The notes under the pieces were generated by a model, which saw only the letters and a list, made by a program, of their open reading frames with translations, ran no database searches and was not told where the DNA came from. Made by a program: the position numbers and the translations under genes. Positions 18,475 through 28,013 of a DNA stretch of 64,000 bases are shown here, piece after piece. Source of the DNA: Candidatus Colwellbacteria bacterium (lineage in GTDB: Bacteria; Patescibacteriota; Minisyncoccia; UBA6257; Colwellbacteraceae). Every line of letters starts with the position of its first letter. Positions within the stretch are counted from its first letter, which is position 1. Location of the stretch: the NCBI GenBank assembly GCA_027448785.1, contig DAIDMW010000001.1:1668-65667 (forward strand). The letters are read 5' to 3'.

Positions 18475-19032
18475 GTGAGTAGAGGATTTACGTTGATCGA
18501 GTTGTTGATAGTTATCGCTATCATCGGGATTCTTTCCGCGGCTGTGCTCCTGACCATTAATCCGGGGCAGCTTTTGGCGCAAGCAAGAGACTCGCGCCGC
18601 GTTGACGATCTCGCCAACTTGAATTCGGCCGTCAAGCTGTACTTAGCCGATTTCGCCACCACGACCTGGTCGGCGGCTTACAATTGTACCTCCGGCACCA
18701 CCGCTCCCGGAACGTCGACCGTCGGCGGATGCGCACAGAACCAAACGAAGACGACGGCTGGCGCCGGCTGGGTGCCGATCAATTTCGGGTTAATGACGAT
18801 CAATTCTCCGATCTCCGCGCTGCCGATCGATCCCAGTAACGGCGTTTCTTCCTGCGGCGGAGGCGAGCCGCCGAACGTCTGTTTGTACGCTTACCACTCC
18901 TCTTCGACGATCGGCTTGTACAAGCTCTACGCCAAAATGGAAAGTTCGCGCTACCAGAACAACCAGTCGGTCGGTGACGGTGGATTATACAACGCCTGGT
19001 ACGAGGTTGGCTCTAACTTATCCACACTTTAA
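18475..19032 (+). CDS. Type IV pilin (paralog 1)
   Basis: Class III signal MSRG|FTLIELLIVIAIIGIL, ARDSRR, LPIDP. Confidence 0.9.
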   Translation: MSRGFTLIELLIVIAIIGILSAAVLLTINPGQLLAQARDSRRVDDLANLNSAVKLYLADFATTTWSAAYNCTSGTTAPGTSTVGGCAQNQTKTTAGAGWVPINFGLMTINSPISALPIDPSNGVSSCGGGEPPNVCLYAYHSSSTIGLYKLYAKMESSRYQNNQSVGDGGLYNAWYEVGSNLSTL

Positions 19033-19111
19033 TCTTGGCATAATTATCGGTGTTGCGGTAAAATAACGACAACTCAAAGGACGAGAGTCAAAGGTCAAAA
19101 AATACTCAACA

Positions 19112-19663
19112 ATGCCAAGCAATAAAGGATTTACTTTAATCGAGCTTCTGATCGTCATCGCCATCATCGGAATCCTGGCCGCGGCTGTGGTGTTAGTTCT
19201 TAACCCGGGACAGATTTTCGCCCAGGCTCGGGACTCCCAGCGCATCCAGGATATGTCGACGCTGAATAGCGCCATCAGCCAATGGCTGGCCGACGTCTCG
19301 ACGACCACCTGGAGCGCAGTATGGAACTGCACTTCCGGCACGGTTGCTCCGGGAACCGGAACCTGCACGACGGTAACCTCGCGCGCGGTCGACGGTACCG
19401 GCTGGGTGCCGATCAACTTCAACGCGGTTTCCAGCGGTTCGCCGCTCTCGGTTTTGCCGATGGATCCGTCGAATGGCAGTACTTGCACCAGCGGGCAAAC
19501 CCCAAACATCTGCATGTACTCCTACCACTCCAGCTCAACCTTCGGCCAATATAAGCTTTATGCCAACCTGGAGAGCTCCAAGTACCAGACCACTTACGGA
19601 GCCAACGACGGCGGCACGCTTTCCGGCTGGTACGAGGTCGGAACCAACTTAAGCGGACTCTAA
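19112..19663 (+). CDS. Type IV pilin (paralog 2, possibly major pilin)
   Basis: NKG|FTLIELLIVIAIIGIL, ARDSQR, LPMDP; upstream TTGGCA-18-TAAAAT and downstream terminator. Confidence 0.9.
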   Translation: MPSNKGFTLIELLIVIAIIGILAAAVVLVLNPGQIFAQARDSQRIQDMSTLNSAISQWLADVSTTTWSAVWNCTSGTVAPGTGTCTTVTSRAVDGTGWVPINFNAVSSGSPLSVLPMDPSNGSTCTSGQTPNICMYSYHSSSTFGQYKLYANLESSKYQTTYGANDGGTLSGWYEVGTNLSGL

Positions 19664-19684
19664 TAATCTTTGGAGCCTCGACCG

Positions 19685-19710
19685 AAAACTCCCCTAAGCG
19701 GGGAGTTTTT
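19685..19710 (+). terminator. Intrinsic terminator
   Basis: AAAACTCCCC-TAAGC-GGGGAGTTTTT. Confidence 0.8.
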
Positions 19711-19722
19711 GATTAGAAGAGA

Positions 19723-19826
19723 AAAAAGCGTAAAGCGAAAAGCTTAAAGCGCAAAACTAAAAGCGCAAAATTTAAAAGAACCGGCGACTAACGGCCACTC
19801 GATGTTTTTCACTTTTAGCTTTGAGC
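19723..19826. repeat. Type B element
   Basis: AAAGCGT AAAGCG AAAAGCTT AAAGCGC ... core GAACCGGCGACTAACGGCC. Confidence 0.8.
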
Positions 19827-19870
19827 TTCTTTTTACTTCGCCGACCGCATTATTTGGTATATTATTGGTT

Positions 19871-20476
19871 ATGATGTTGATCGATGCATTTGTTTTGACG
19901 CGTTTCCACTTTCTAGCGCTTCTGACCCTGATTTTTTTAGGAGTTTTTACCGCCCAGGTTCTTTATCGTTGCGGAAAAATAAAAAATACTAAAATCTTCC
20001 GCGCTTTTTTCTGGTTTTCACTAATCTTCCCCTTCCTTTACTACATTTACCTGACTATCGCCCAGTACTTTATGTGGAAAACCGAGGGTGGCTTAGGCAA
20101 GTTTTTACTGCCGCCGTATGTCGGTGCAAGTTATGTCATCGGCTACCACTTCATACGCTTTTACCTTTACTACCTCATCTCTGCGGCGGTCGGAACCTTG
20201 TTCCTGCTAGCCGCGGTCTATCTGAACAAAAAGTTCGGCCGGCGCTTTTTCGAGGATGAGGAGCCGTATCTCGGGGCCGGCGCCATATCTTTGGTCGGCT
20301 ACCCAGGATTTTTCTTCTACCTTGTTGCACTGTTTTCCAGTCAGTTGGTTTTAACCGCCGGGCGATATCTGCTTACCAGAAAAAGCGAGCGCGTTCCGTT
20401 TTATTACTTATGGTTGCCGGCCGGCGTATTTGTTATACTACTCATATATCATTACCGTTTGTTTTATTTTAGCTGA
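19871..20476 (+). CDS. Polytopic membrane protein, weakly prepilin-peptidase(A24)-like
   Basis: Several TM helices; C-terminal ERVPFYYLWL recalls the A24 IPF motif; stop overlaps the pilB start (TGATG). Confidence 0.55.
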   Translation: MMLIDAFVLTRFHFLALLTLIFLGVFTAQVLYRCGKIKNTKIFRAFFWFSLIFPFLYYIYLTIAQYFMWKTEGGLGKFLLPPYVGASYVIGYHFIRFYLYYLISAAVGTLFLLAAVYLNKKFGRRFFEDEEPYLGAGAISLVGYPGFFFYLVALFSSQLVLTAGRYLLTRKSERVPFYYLWLPAGVFVILLIYHYRLFYFS

Positions 20477-22185
20477 TGCTAAGAGTCCCCGAGGACAAGA
20501 TTAAAGAACTAGTGGTCGGCGAGGGTTTGATTACTCCCGCTGATTTCGACACCCTGCTAGCCGAGGCCAAGCGCTTGGGTCAGAGCATCGAGGATGCGCT
20601 CATCTCCCGCAATATCATCACCGAAAGCTACCTGAACAACTTCCTTTCCAAATATTTCAATATTCCTTTAGCCAACCTGACCGCCGAAAACATCAACCGC
20701 GACGTTTTAAAACTGTTGCCGGAAAGCGTCGCGCGCGAAAAACGCGTTGTCCTTTTCAACCAAGAAACTGACGGCACGCTGGACGCCGCTTTCGAGGATC
20801 CGAGCGACTTAGTAACACTGGAGTATCTGACGAGTTATCTGAAAGCGAAAATCCGGCCTTTTCTGGCTACTACCGACGATTTGAACAAAGGTTTCTCTCT
20901 TTACGGGTCGGCGGCCGCGGAAAACTATATTAAGCTGATCGAGGAAAATGTGCGCGCCTCCCTTTTGAGTAGAAGCCATGGAGAGGAGGCGGCCGGCGAG
21001 GTGCCGATAGTGGCCATCGTCGACAACATCCTTTCATACGGCTTGTCGCTGCGCGCCTCCGACATACACCTGGAAGTTCTGGAGGCCGAGGTCCTCGTCC
21101 GGTACCGCATCGACGGCATCCTGCACGAGATGTTCAAGGTGCCGAAGGAGGTTTTTCCGGCGATCGTCGCCCGCATCAAGCTCTTGGGCAGCCTAAAGAT
21201 CGACGAACACTACAAACCGCAGGACGGAAGGTTCCGCTACAAGATCGGCGAGGATGTAGTTGATGTCAGAATCTCGATTATTCCGACCTTCTACGGTGAG
21301 AAGATCGAGATGAGGTTGTTGCCGGCGACGACTAGGCCTCTTTCCTTTGCCGAACTTGGGATGATGGAGGATACCGCTAATCTCTTGACCGAGAATATCA
21401 AAAAAAGCTACGGCATGGTTCTGGTTTGCGGTCCGACCGGCTCCGGCAAGACCACGACCCTGTATTCGGTTATTAACGTTTTAAATCACCCCGAGGTGAA
21501 CATCGTCACCATCGAGGATCCGATCGAGTACAATATTAAATACATAAACCAAATTCAGGTCAACACCGCGGCCGGAATAACTTTCGCCGATGGGCTGCGC
21601 TCAATTCTGCGCCAAGACCCGAACATCATTATGGTCGGTGAGATGCGCGACGAGGAGACGGCGAGCATCGGCGTGCAGTCGGCTTTGACCGGACACTTGG
21701 TCTTGAGCTCGCTGCACACCAGCGACGCCCCGACCGCCGTTCCGCGGTTGATGGACATGAACGTCGAGCCTTATTTGGTGGCCGCGGTTTTGAACGCCGT
21801 TCTCGCCCAGCGTCTGGTCCGGAAAATCCATCTGGGCTGCATCGAGTCTTACGAACCGAGCGATCAGGAGATTAAAGCGATCCAGAGCCAAATCAAAGAG
21901 GCCGGGCTCGATCCGGAAAAATACCCGATTCCAAAACAGCTGTACCGCGGCAAGGGATGCGCCGCCGACGGTTTTACCGGATACTCCGGCAGAGTCGGCA
22001 TTTTTGAGCTGCTAAGCGTTTCAGAAAAAGTCCGCGAGCTTATCGTCAGTCCCAACTTCACTTTCGATAACCTGCGCGCACTGGCGAAACAGGAGGGAAT
22101 GGTCTCGATGTTCGAAGACGGACTGCGCAAGGCCGAGCTCGGCGTAACCACCATCGACGAGGTCCTGCGGGTGATCGGAGAATAA
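20476..22185 (+). CDS. pilB: Type IV pilus assembly ATPase PilB/GspE family
   Basis: ASDIHLE, RYRIDGIL, PQDGR, GPTGSGKTTTLY, LRQDPNIIMVGEMRD, TGHLVLSSLH. Confidence 0.93.
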   Translation: MLRVPEDKIKELVVGEGLITPADFDTLLAEAKRLGQSIEDALISRNIITESYLNNFLSKYFNIPLANLTAENINRDVLKLLPESVAREKRVVLFNQETDGTLDAAFEDPSDLVTLEYLTSYLKAKIRPFLATTDDLNKGFSLYGSAAAENYIKLIEENVRASLLSRSHGEEAAGEVPIVAIVDNILSYGLSLRASDIHLEVLEAEVLVRYRIDGILHEMFKVPKEVFPAIVARIKLLGSLKIDEHYKPQDGRFRYKIGEDVVDVRISIIPTFYGEKIEMRLLPATTRPLSFAELGMMEDTANLLTENIKKSYGMVLVCGPTGSGKTTTLYSVINVLNHPEVNIVTIEDPIEYNIKYINQIQVNTAAGITFADGLRSILRQDPNIIMVGEMRDEETASIGVQSALTGHLVLSSLHTSDAPTAVPRLMDMNVEPYLVAAVLNAVLAQRLVRKIHLGCIESYEPSDQEIKAIQSQIKEAGLDPEKYPIPKQLYRGKGCAADGFTGYSGRVGIFELLSVSEKVRELIVSPNFTFDNLRALAKQEGMVSMFEDGLRKAELGVTTIDEVLRVIGE

Positions 22186-22302
22186 AGTGCAAAACTTAAA
22201 GCGCAAAGTGTAAGGCGAAAGGCGCAAAATAACGGCGGGTCGCTAGTCGTCGGATCTTTTAAAGTTTGCGCCTTTAGTTTTGCGCTTTTATCTTTTCGCT
22301 TT
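22186..22302. repeat. Type B element
   Basis: Core GGTCGCTAGTCGTCGGATCTTTT with heptamer arms; related to 14611-14687. Confidence 0.85.
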
Positions 22303-22373
22303 AAAATAAAAAGCAGAAGCCACTTAGGTTTTTCCAAAAACGTTATAAAAGGAAGGAAATTTTATTCAAACCA

Positions 22374-23585
22374 ATGCGTTTTCGCTATGTAGCATCCGAT
22401 CCCAACGGCAGGTTGATGGAAGGGTACGTCGAAGCCAAGAGCCCGGCGGAGGTTCTGGAGTGGATGGGCGGGCAAAACTGGAAGCCGATATCGCTCAAGG
22501 CGATCCGCCAGACCGAGACCCAGAAGTTTTTCGGCGGATTGCAGCAAGGAGGGATTACCATCGCCGACCAGGTTTTCCTCACTAAATATCTGGCGCTGAT
22601 GCTTAAAGTCGGCACAGACCTTTTTAAAGCTATCGACATTCTGGTGGAAGACTTTGACAAGCCGGCGGTCAAGTCGTTTCTTATGGAAGTGCGCGACGCC
22701 CTAAGTAAAGGGCAGCCGTTTTATACCTCTTTTTCGCGCTATCCCAAGTACTTTTCTCCAGTTTTCATCAATATGGTCAAGGCGGGGGAGAGCTCCGGCA
22801 ACCTGGAAAAAGTCTTCGGAGACCTGAGTGCCTCGCTGCAAAAGCAGCAGGAGATACGCGACAAGATCCGGGCGGCGCTGATCTATCCTGTCATATTGTT
22901 GATCATGGCTTCGGTCATCCTACTGGTTATGGTGACCTTCATCCTGCCGAGAATCGCCAGCACTTTCTTGAGCTCGGGAATCAACCCGCCGATCTTCACC
23001 AAAATCGTTTTCGGCGTTGGTCTGTTTATCGGCGGAAACATCGCGATTATCCTGCCTTTGATTATCGCGGCGGCCGTCGGTTTGTGGATTTTTTTTCGTA
23101 CCGCGGGCGGCAAAAAGTTCCTCAGTCAAACGCTTTCCCGCACTCCTGTTGTCAAAGACGTCGTGGCGAAAATGGCTCTGCAACGCTTTTCCGCGACTTT
23201 TGCTTCTCTACTGCGCTCCGGCCTGCCCATCCTTGACGCTTTGGAAATAACCGCCGGCGCCTCCGGCTCCACCGAGATGGAGGCGGCCTTGGACCGCATC
23301 GCCAGGGAGGGGGTGGCCAAGGGGCTAACGATCGGCGATTCCTTCCGCCGCGAGACCGTTTTCCCGAGAGTGGTGGTCAACTTGATAACCATCTCGGAAA
23401 AAGCAGGACACATGGAAAATATCCTGGACACGCTCTCCGACTTCTACGCCGCCGAGATCGACTCCTCCATCAAGATTCTAATGTCCTTCTTGGAGCCGGC
23501 ACTTCTGCTGATAATGGGTATCATGGTCGGCGGAATCGCCTTGTCGATCATCGTTCCGATCTACCAGCTAACCGCCCAATATTAA
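22374..23585 (+). CDS. pilC: Type IV pilus platform protein PilC/GspF family
   Basis: MVKAGESSGNL, IRAALIYP, LRSGLPILDAL, LEPALL. Confidence 0.93.
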   Translation: MRFRYVASDPNGRLMEGYVEAKSPAEVLEWMGGQNWKPISLKAIRQTETQKFFGGLQQGGITIADQVFLTKYLALMLKVGTDLFKAIDILVEDFDKPAVKSFLMEVRDALSKGQPFYTSFSRYPKYFSPVFINMVKAGESSGNLEKVFGDLSASLQKQQEIRDKIRAALIYPVILLIMASVILLVMVTFILPRIASTFLSSGINPPIFTKIVFGVGLFIGGNIAIILPLIIAAAVGLWIFFRTAGGKKFLSQTLSRTPVVKDVVAKMALQRFSATFASLLRSGLPILDALEITAGASGSTEMEAALDRIAREGVAKGLTIGDSFRRETVFPRVVVNLITISEKAGHMENILDTLSDFYAAEIDSSIKILMSFLEPALLLIMGIMVGGIALSIIVPIYQLTAQY

Positions 23586-23588
23586 AAA

Positions 23589-24077
23589 ATGATAAGCAAT
23601 AAGGGTTTTACTCTAATCGAGCTGCTGATAGTCATGTCGATCATGGCGATAATCGCCGTCGTCACCCTGCCTAACTTCTTCAGCTCCCGTTACCGCTACT
23701 CTTTAAATAAGGACGCCGAGGGCTTGGCCTACGGCATCCGCGCCGCCATTTCCAATTCACAGACGCAGCTGAACGCCAGCCGCTGGGGCATTCGCCTGAG
23801 CAACAACACCTCGACCGGCGGCTACTATTACCAGCTGTGGTACGGCACCTCGACCTACGCTTACGGCACACCGTCGACTCTGACGCCGCTAGACCAAGGT
23901 ATTAGTTTTTCCGGTATTGCGCTTGGCTCGGCTGTGGATATCTGCTTCGCTCAAATCAGCGGCCTGCCGGTGGACTGTTCGACCGGCCTCGGCACCTCGA
24001 CGGCGATTACTTTAAGCGCCATCGGCGGCCAGCAAACAACGGTGACGCTGAATGCCAACGGGACGGTCAACTACTAA
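23589..24077 (+). CDS. Minor pilin (FimT/GspH-like)
   Basis: NKG|FTLIELLIVMSIMAII. Confidence 0.85.
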   Translation: MISNKGFTLIELLIVMSIMAIIAVVTLPNFFSSRYRYSLNKDAEGLAYGIRAAISNSQTQLNASRWGIRLSNNTSTGGYYYQLWYGTSTYAYGTPSTLTPLDQGISFSGIALGSAVDICFAQISGLPVDCSTGLGTSTAITLSAIGGQQTTVTLNANGTVNY

Positions 24078-24370
24078 AAGCGCAAAGCTAAAAGCTAAAA
24101 GCAGCGGCAAAGCGAGCGCAAAGCGAAAAACGCAAAGCGCAAAACACCGACCAGTAATTAACTAAATTCGAAGCACTAAATCCTAAACAAATTCCAAATT
24201 ACAAACTTTAAATTCCAAACCCGTTTGTGTTTGTGATTTCGGATTTGTTATTTCTGATTTGTTTCGGATTTAGGATTTCGTGCTTGGAATTTGAAAAAAA
24301 GCGCAAAGGCAAAAGAACGATTCCAACGAACTGCGTTATTGTTTTTCGCTTTTAGCTTTTAGTTTTGCAC
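24078..24370. repeat. Composite B-A-B element (longest copy)
   Basis: B arm, full type A hairpin with core CAAACCCGTTTGTGTTT at 24216, then a second B hairpin. Confidence 0.85.
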
Positions 24371-24409
24371 TTATTTATCAACTGTTCTCCGTTTCATCTT
24401 TATTTTATA

Positions 24410-25087
24410 ATGAAGAGAATGATCAAAGATCCGCGGAGCGGACAATCGTTGGCCGAGATACTCGTGGCCACTACCGTCGGCGCCATCATCATCGGAGCTG
24501 TTGTTTCCGCTATCGTCATCACCATGCGCAGCGACGCCCAGAACCGCCTGGCGAGCACCGCCACTTCCTTGGCTAATGGACTTCTGGATAACGTCCAGTC
24601 TTTGGCCGACGGCGACTGGTCGGCAATCTATAACTTGCCGACCAAAGGACCGACTTCGCAGTACTATCTGGTTACGACCGGAACGCCGCCGACACTTTCG
24701 GTTTCGACCGGGACCGACGCGACTGTGAAAAACGGAGTAACTTTCACCCGCTACTTCTCGGTGCAGGATGTTAACCGCACCAACTGCGGCACCGGCACCA
24801 TCACAACCAGTTCGCCGACTTCCTGTTCCGGCGGCGTCGGCATTCTGCAGGATCCTTCAACCGAGCTGGTGACAGCTTACGTTTCGTGGACCAATGTCGG
24901 CGGAGCCAGCAGTACCGTCTCGGTACCGACCTACCTGGCTCATTCCAAGGATCGAGTTACGCAGTATAATGACTGGAGCGGCTCGGCTAACGTTCAGGGT
25001 CCCGTAACTTCTCCGCAGCCGGATTACGCCTCTTCGAGCAATATTTCCACCTCGACCAGCGGCGCAATCGAATTGCTTAAATACTAA
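24410..25087 (+). CDS. Minor pilin-like protein (PilV-like)
   Basis: RSG|QSLAEILVA with Glu at +5 and a hydrophobic helix. Confidence 0.75.
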   Translation: MKRMIKDPRSGQSLAEILVATTVGAIIIGAVVSAIVITMRSDAQNRLASTATSLANGLLDNVQSLADGDWSAIYNLPTKGPTSQYYLVTTGTPPTLSVSTGTDATVKNGVTFTRYFSVQDVNRTNCGTGTITTSSPTSCSGGVGILQDPSTELVTAYVSWTNVGGASSTVSVPTYLAHSKDRVTQYNDWSGSANVQGPVTSPQPDYASSSNISTSTSGAIELLKY

Positions 25088-25091
25088 ACCC

Positions 25092-26045
25092 ATGAGGCAA
25101 ACTTTTCGTTTATTTAAAACTACGAAAACCAAGACTTTGTTGTTTTTCACGATTTTCGGGGCCGCCTACCTTCTCCTGCCCCACGCCGCGCTAGCTTCGA
25201 CCAATATCGATTCCGTAAACCACTGGGCCTGGAACGACAATATCGGCTGGGTTGATTTTTACTCGACCGGAAACGTAACGGTAAACTCCACCGGCATCAG
25301 CGGCTATGCCAGCTCATCGATGGGCTACGTGGCATTGGATTGCAATACCTCGCCTAACGGCAATATTTGCGGAACCAGCAACTTTCAGGTGACCAACGAC
25401 GGAAACGGCAATCTGGCCGGGTGGGCCTGGAACGACAATATCGGCTGGATTAGTTTCTGCGGAAACGCGAGTGGCGGATCTACTTGGAACGGCTCGACCT
25501 GGGTTTGTCCTTCGAGTCCAACCTATGAAGTGACGATCGATTCCACCGGCAATTTCCAGGGCTGGGCCTGGAACGACAATGTCGGATGGTTCAGCTTCAA
25601 CTGCGCAAACACCAATACTTGCGGCACGGTCAGCTACGGCGTAAGCACCGTCTGGTCGGCGCAGGCTTCGGGCTGGCTGGAATCCTCGACCTTCGATACC
25701 GGGTCGAACGGTACGACATACAACTCCATTATGTGGAACGGAACCCAGCCTACGGGAACCAGCGTTAAGTTCCAGCTGGCGACCGCCTCATCCTCGTCTG
25801 CCAGTTGGGGAGCGACCTGCGCCAGCAACGCCTGTAACAGCTCGACTTGCGACGGAGCGTTCATCGGCCCGGACGGAACCTCCAACTCCTATTACACGCC
25901 GGCCGGGCCGGGGATACCGGTTCCGATAACCGCCTGCTACGCCAACGGCAAGCGCTATTTCCGCTACATTGTTTACCTTGAAAAGGGAGCGAACGCGACC
26001 ACCACTCCGGCGGTAAACGGGGTCGTTGTGAACTGGAGTCCATAA
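25092..26045 (+). CDS. Secreted protein with three WAWNDN(I/V)GW repeats
   Basis: Signal peptide ending AALA; repeats read directly; within the pilus operon. Confidence 0.75.
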   Translation: MRQTFRLFKTTKTKTLLFFTIFGAAYLLLPHAALASTNIDSVNHWAWNDNIGWVDFYSTGNVTVNSTGISGYASSSMGYVALDCNTSPNGNICGTSNFQVTNDGNGNLAGWAWNDNIGWISFCGNASGGSTWNGSTWVCPSSPTYEVTIDSTGNFQGWAWNDNVGWFSFNCANTNTCGTVSYGVSTVWSAQASGWLESSTFDTGSNGTTYNSIMWNGTQPTGTSVKFQLATASSSSASWGATCASNACNSSTCDGAFIGPDGTSNSYYTPAGPGIPVPITACYANGKRYFRYIVYLEKGANATTTPAVNGVVVNWSP

Positions 26046-26049
26046 GCGT

Positions 26050-26502
26050 ATGAGCGGCTTTCCTTCTAAAAAATTCCGCCGCTTCTTTCCGAATCTTCGG
26101 TCTGATTCCGGGCAAGCCAGCTTGCCGGTAATACTTCTTATTTCGGGAATATTGGTGGTCATCGCGGTGGTCGGCTCGATCATCGCCGTGGCTTTGAATA
26201 ACACCATCTTGGGAGCGCGCCTTGGCGGAAAGGCGTTGGCAGCGGCTGAAACCGGCGCCAACGACGCAATAACTCAGGTCCAGCGAGGCTGCATCCTTTC
26301 TAATACCTGCCCGAGCAGTTATACTTTAAATATCGATTACCAAACGACGGCGCAAATTACGATTACCAATAACAGCGGCATCGTAACGATCGATTCCATC
26401 GGCAATTCCGGAGGGAGGCAGAGCGAAATACAAGCTGTCCTCGGAGTCGACACCGCTACCGGATTGGTAAACATTCGTTCATTCGGCCAGGTGCCGCTTT
26501 AG
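26050..26502 (+). CDS. PilX-like minor pilin
   Basis: SG|QASLPVILLI hydrophobic helix, ALAAAETG motif. Confidence 0.65.
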   Translation: MSGFPSKKFRRFFPNLRSDSGQASLPVILLISGILVVIAVVGSIIAVALNNTILGARLGGKALAAAETGANDAITQVQRGCILSNTCPSSYTLNIDYQTTAQITITNNSGIVTIDSIGNSGGRQSEIQAVLGVDTATGLVNIRSFGQVPL

Positions 26503-26510
26503 TTAGATTA

Positions 26511-28013
26511 ATGCCTAAAATTCAAACGCTCTTAAAGAAAATAGAGAACCTATTAGTTCCTTCGCCGTCCATCGCCGGCTTGGTTATCGACGACTACTCG
26601 TTGCGCTATCTCGAGCTCAGCCCCAAGCAGGTCGGAGCCCCAAAAAGCCAAGCTTTGCTACGCTTGCCGCCTGGCATAGTCGAACAAGGAAAAGTAAAGG
26701 ATCGCGCTAACCTGGTGGCGGCCCTGAAAGAGCTGCGTAAGCAGATTCGCGCGGATGAGGACATAATCAATGTCGTTCTCTCCATTCCAAATTTCGGCGT
26801 TTATATGCAATCTTTTGAAGTTCCGGCTTTTGCTCACGAGGATCTGAAAGACGCGGCTGATCTGAATTTGCGGATGATTTCTCCGATTGATTTCGATCAG
26901 GCTTACTCGGGCTGGCAGAGGATAAGCGAGGGGATCTCTGACGCCGGCAAGGCTAAATTTTTGGGGGCGTTCATTCAGAAGGCTGCTATCGACGAGTTGG
27001 CCGAGGTCTTGAGAGAAGCTAACTTCGGGATCGCCACCGTTGAATTCGCTAGTTTAAGCTTGATCCGCTGTTTGCGCACCGGAGGGTACCTGAGCTTGAG
27101 TGATCCGCAAGTCGTTGTCCAGCCCTCGACAAGCGGGGTCAATATGATGATTACGGAGAGCGGCAGTCTGTACTTCAACTACTTCTTTCCGTGGACTGCC
27201 GCCGCCGGCGGCCTGACTGCCGAAGCGATGATAAGCGCGATCAACCTCGGTCTGCAGCAGATGGTTAATTTCTATGCCGGCCGCGATGGCGCGCGCATTG
27301 CAAACGCCATTCTCGTAACCGGCCAGCTCGGAGATAAGATAGCTCAGGGGATAAACCAAAGTTTTCCGGGACTGAATCTAAAGAGTTTAACGCCGGCGGA
27401 GGCTAACGTTCTCCTCGGTGCGGCCGAACGCGGTTTGATCAGAAAGGAGCAGGATATCGAGATAGACTTAAGCGGACCGAGCGGCTACGAGCTGTTCCGC
27501 GAGCACAAGATCATTCAGTTCGCCGTCACCTGGCGCAATATCGTTGCTGTAATTGTGAGTTTTGTTCTGCTGCTTTTTATCGGCGCCAACGTTTTCGTCG
27601 ATCGGCTGGCGGCCAGCACTACCGCCGGGATAAGCCAGGCCAACCGCGAGATAGTCTCGCAGTCGTTAAACAACCTCGTTTCCCAGGCTCAGAACTTCAA
27701 CAACCTGGTTGCGGCCAACCAGCAGGCAAAAAGCTTGATCGCCAATTACTCGCCGCTTCTAGGCAAGATTGGCCAGCTGGCCGGCGGCCTCTCGATCCAG
27801 CTTCAGCGCGTTTCTTTCCAAGGCGTGGGGCAGCCTGGAGTCATCTCTGGCACGGCACCCAGCCAAGCGGCGACAGTCTCCTTCAAAGACGACTTGTCCA
27901 GCTTGCCGCAACTCTCCGGCCTCGACCTGCCTTTCTCCAGCATCGTGCCGACGAGCGACGGGCAAGTTTCTTTCACCATCAACTTCAATCTACAGAACTT
28001 GTCGGGGCAGTAA
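26511..28013 (+). CDS. PilM-PilN-like fusion protein
   Basis: N-terminal AGLVIDDYSLRYLEL and LPPGIVEQGKVKD (PilM-like), a TM helix, then coiled coil and ISGTAPS...SFTINF (PilN-like). Confidence 0.7.
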   Translation: MPKIQTLLKKIENLLVPSPSIAGLVIDDYSLRYLELSPKQVGAPKSQALLRLPPGIVEQGKVKDRANLVAALKELRKQIRADEDIINVVLSIPNFGVYMQSFEVPAFAHEDLKDAADLNLRMISPIDFDQAYSGWQRISEGISDAGKAKFLGAFIQKAAIDELAEVLREANFGIATVEFASLSLIRCLRTGGYLSLSDPQVVVQPSTSGVNMMITESGSLYFNYFFPWTAAAGGLTAEAMISAINLGLQQMVNFYAGRDGARIANAILVTGQLGDKIAQGINQSFPGLNLKSLTPAEANVLLGAAERGLIRKEQDIEIDLSGPSGYELFREHKIIQFAVTWRNIVAVIVSFVLLLFIGANVFVDRLAASTTAGISQANREIVSQSLNNLVSQAQNFNNLVAANQQAKSLIANYSPLLGKIGQLAGGLSIQLQRVSFQGVGQPGVISGTAPSQAATVSFKDDLSSLPQLSGLDLPFSSIVPTSDGQVSFTINFNLQNLSGQ

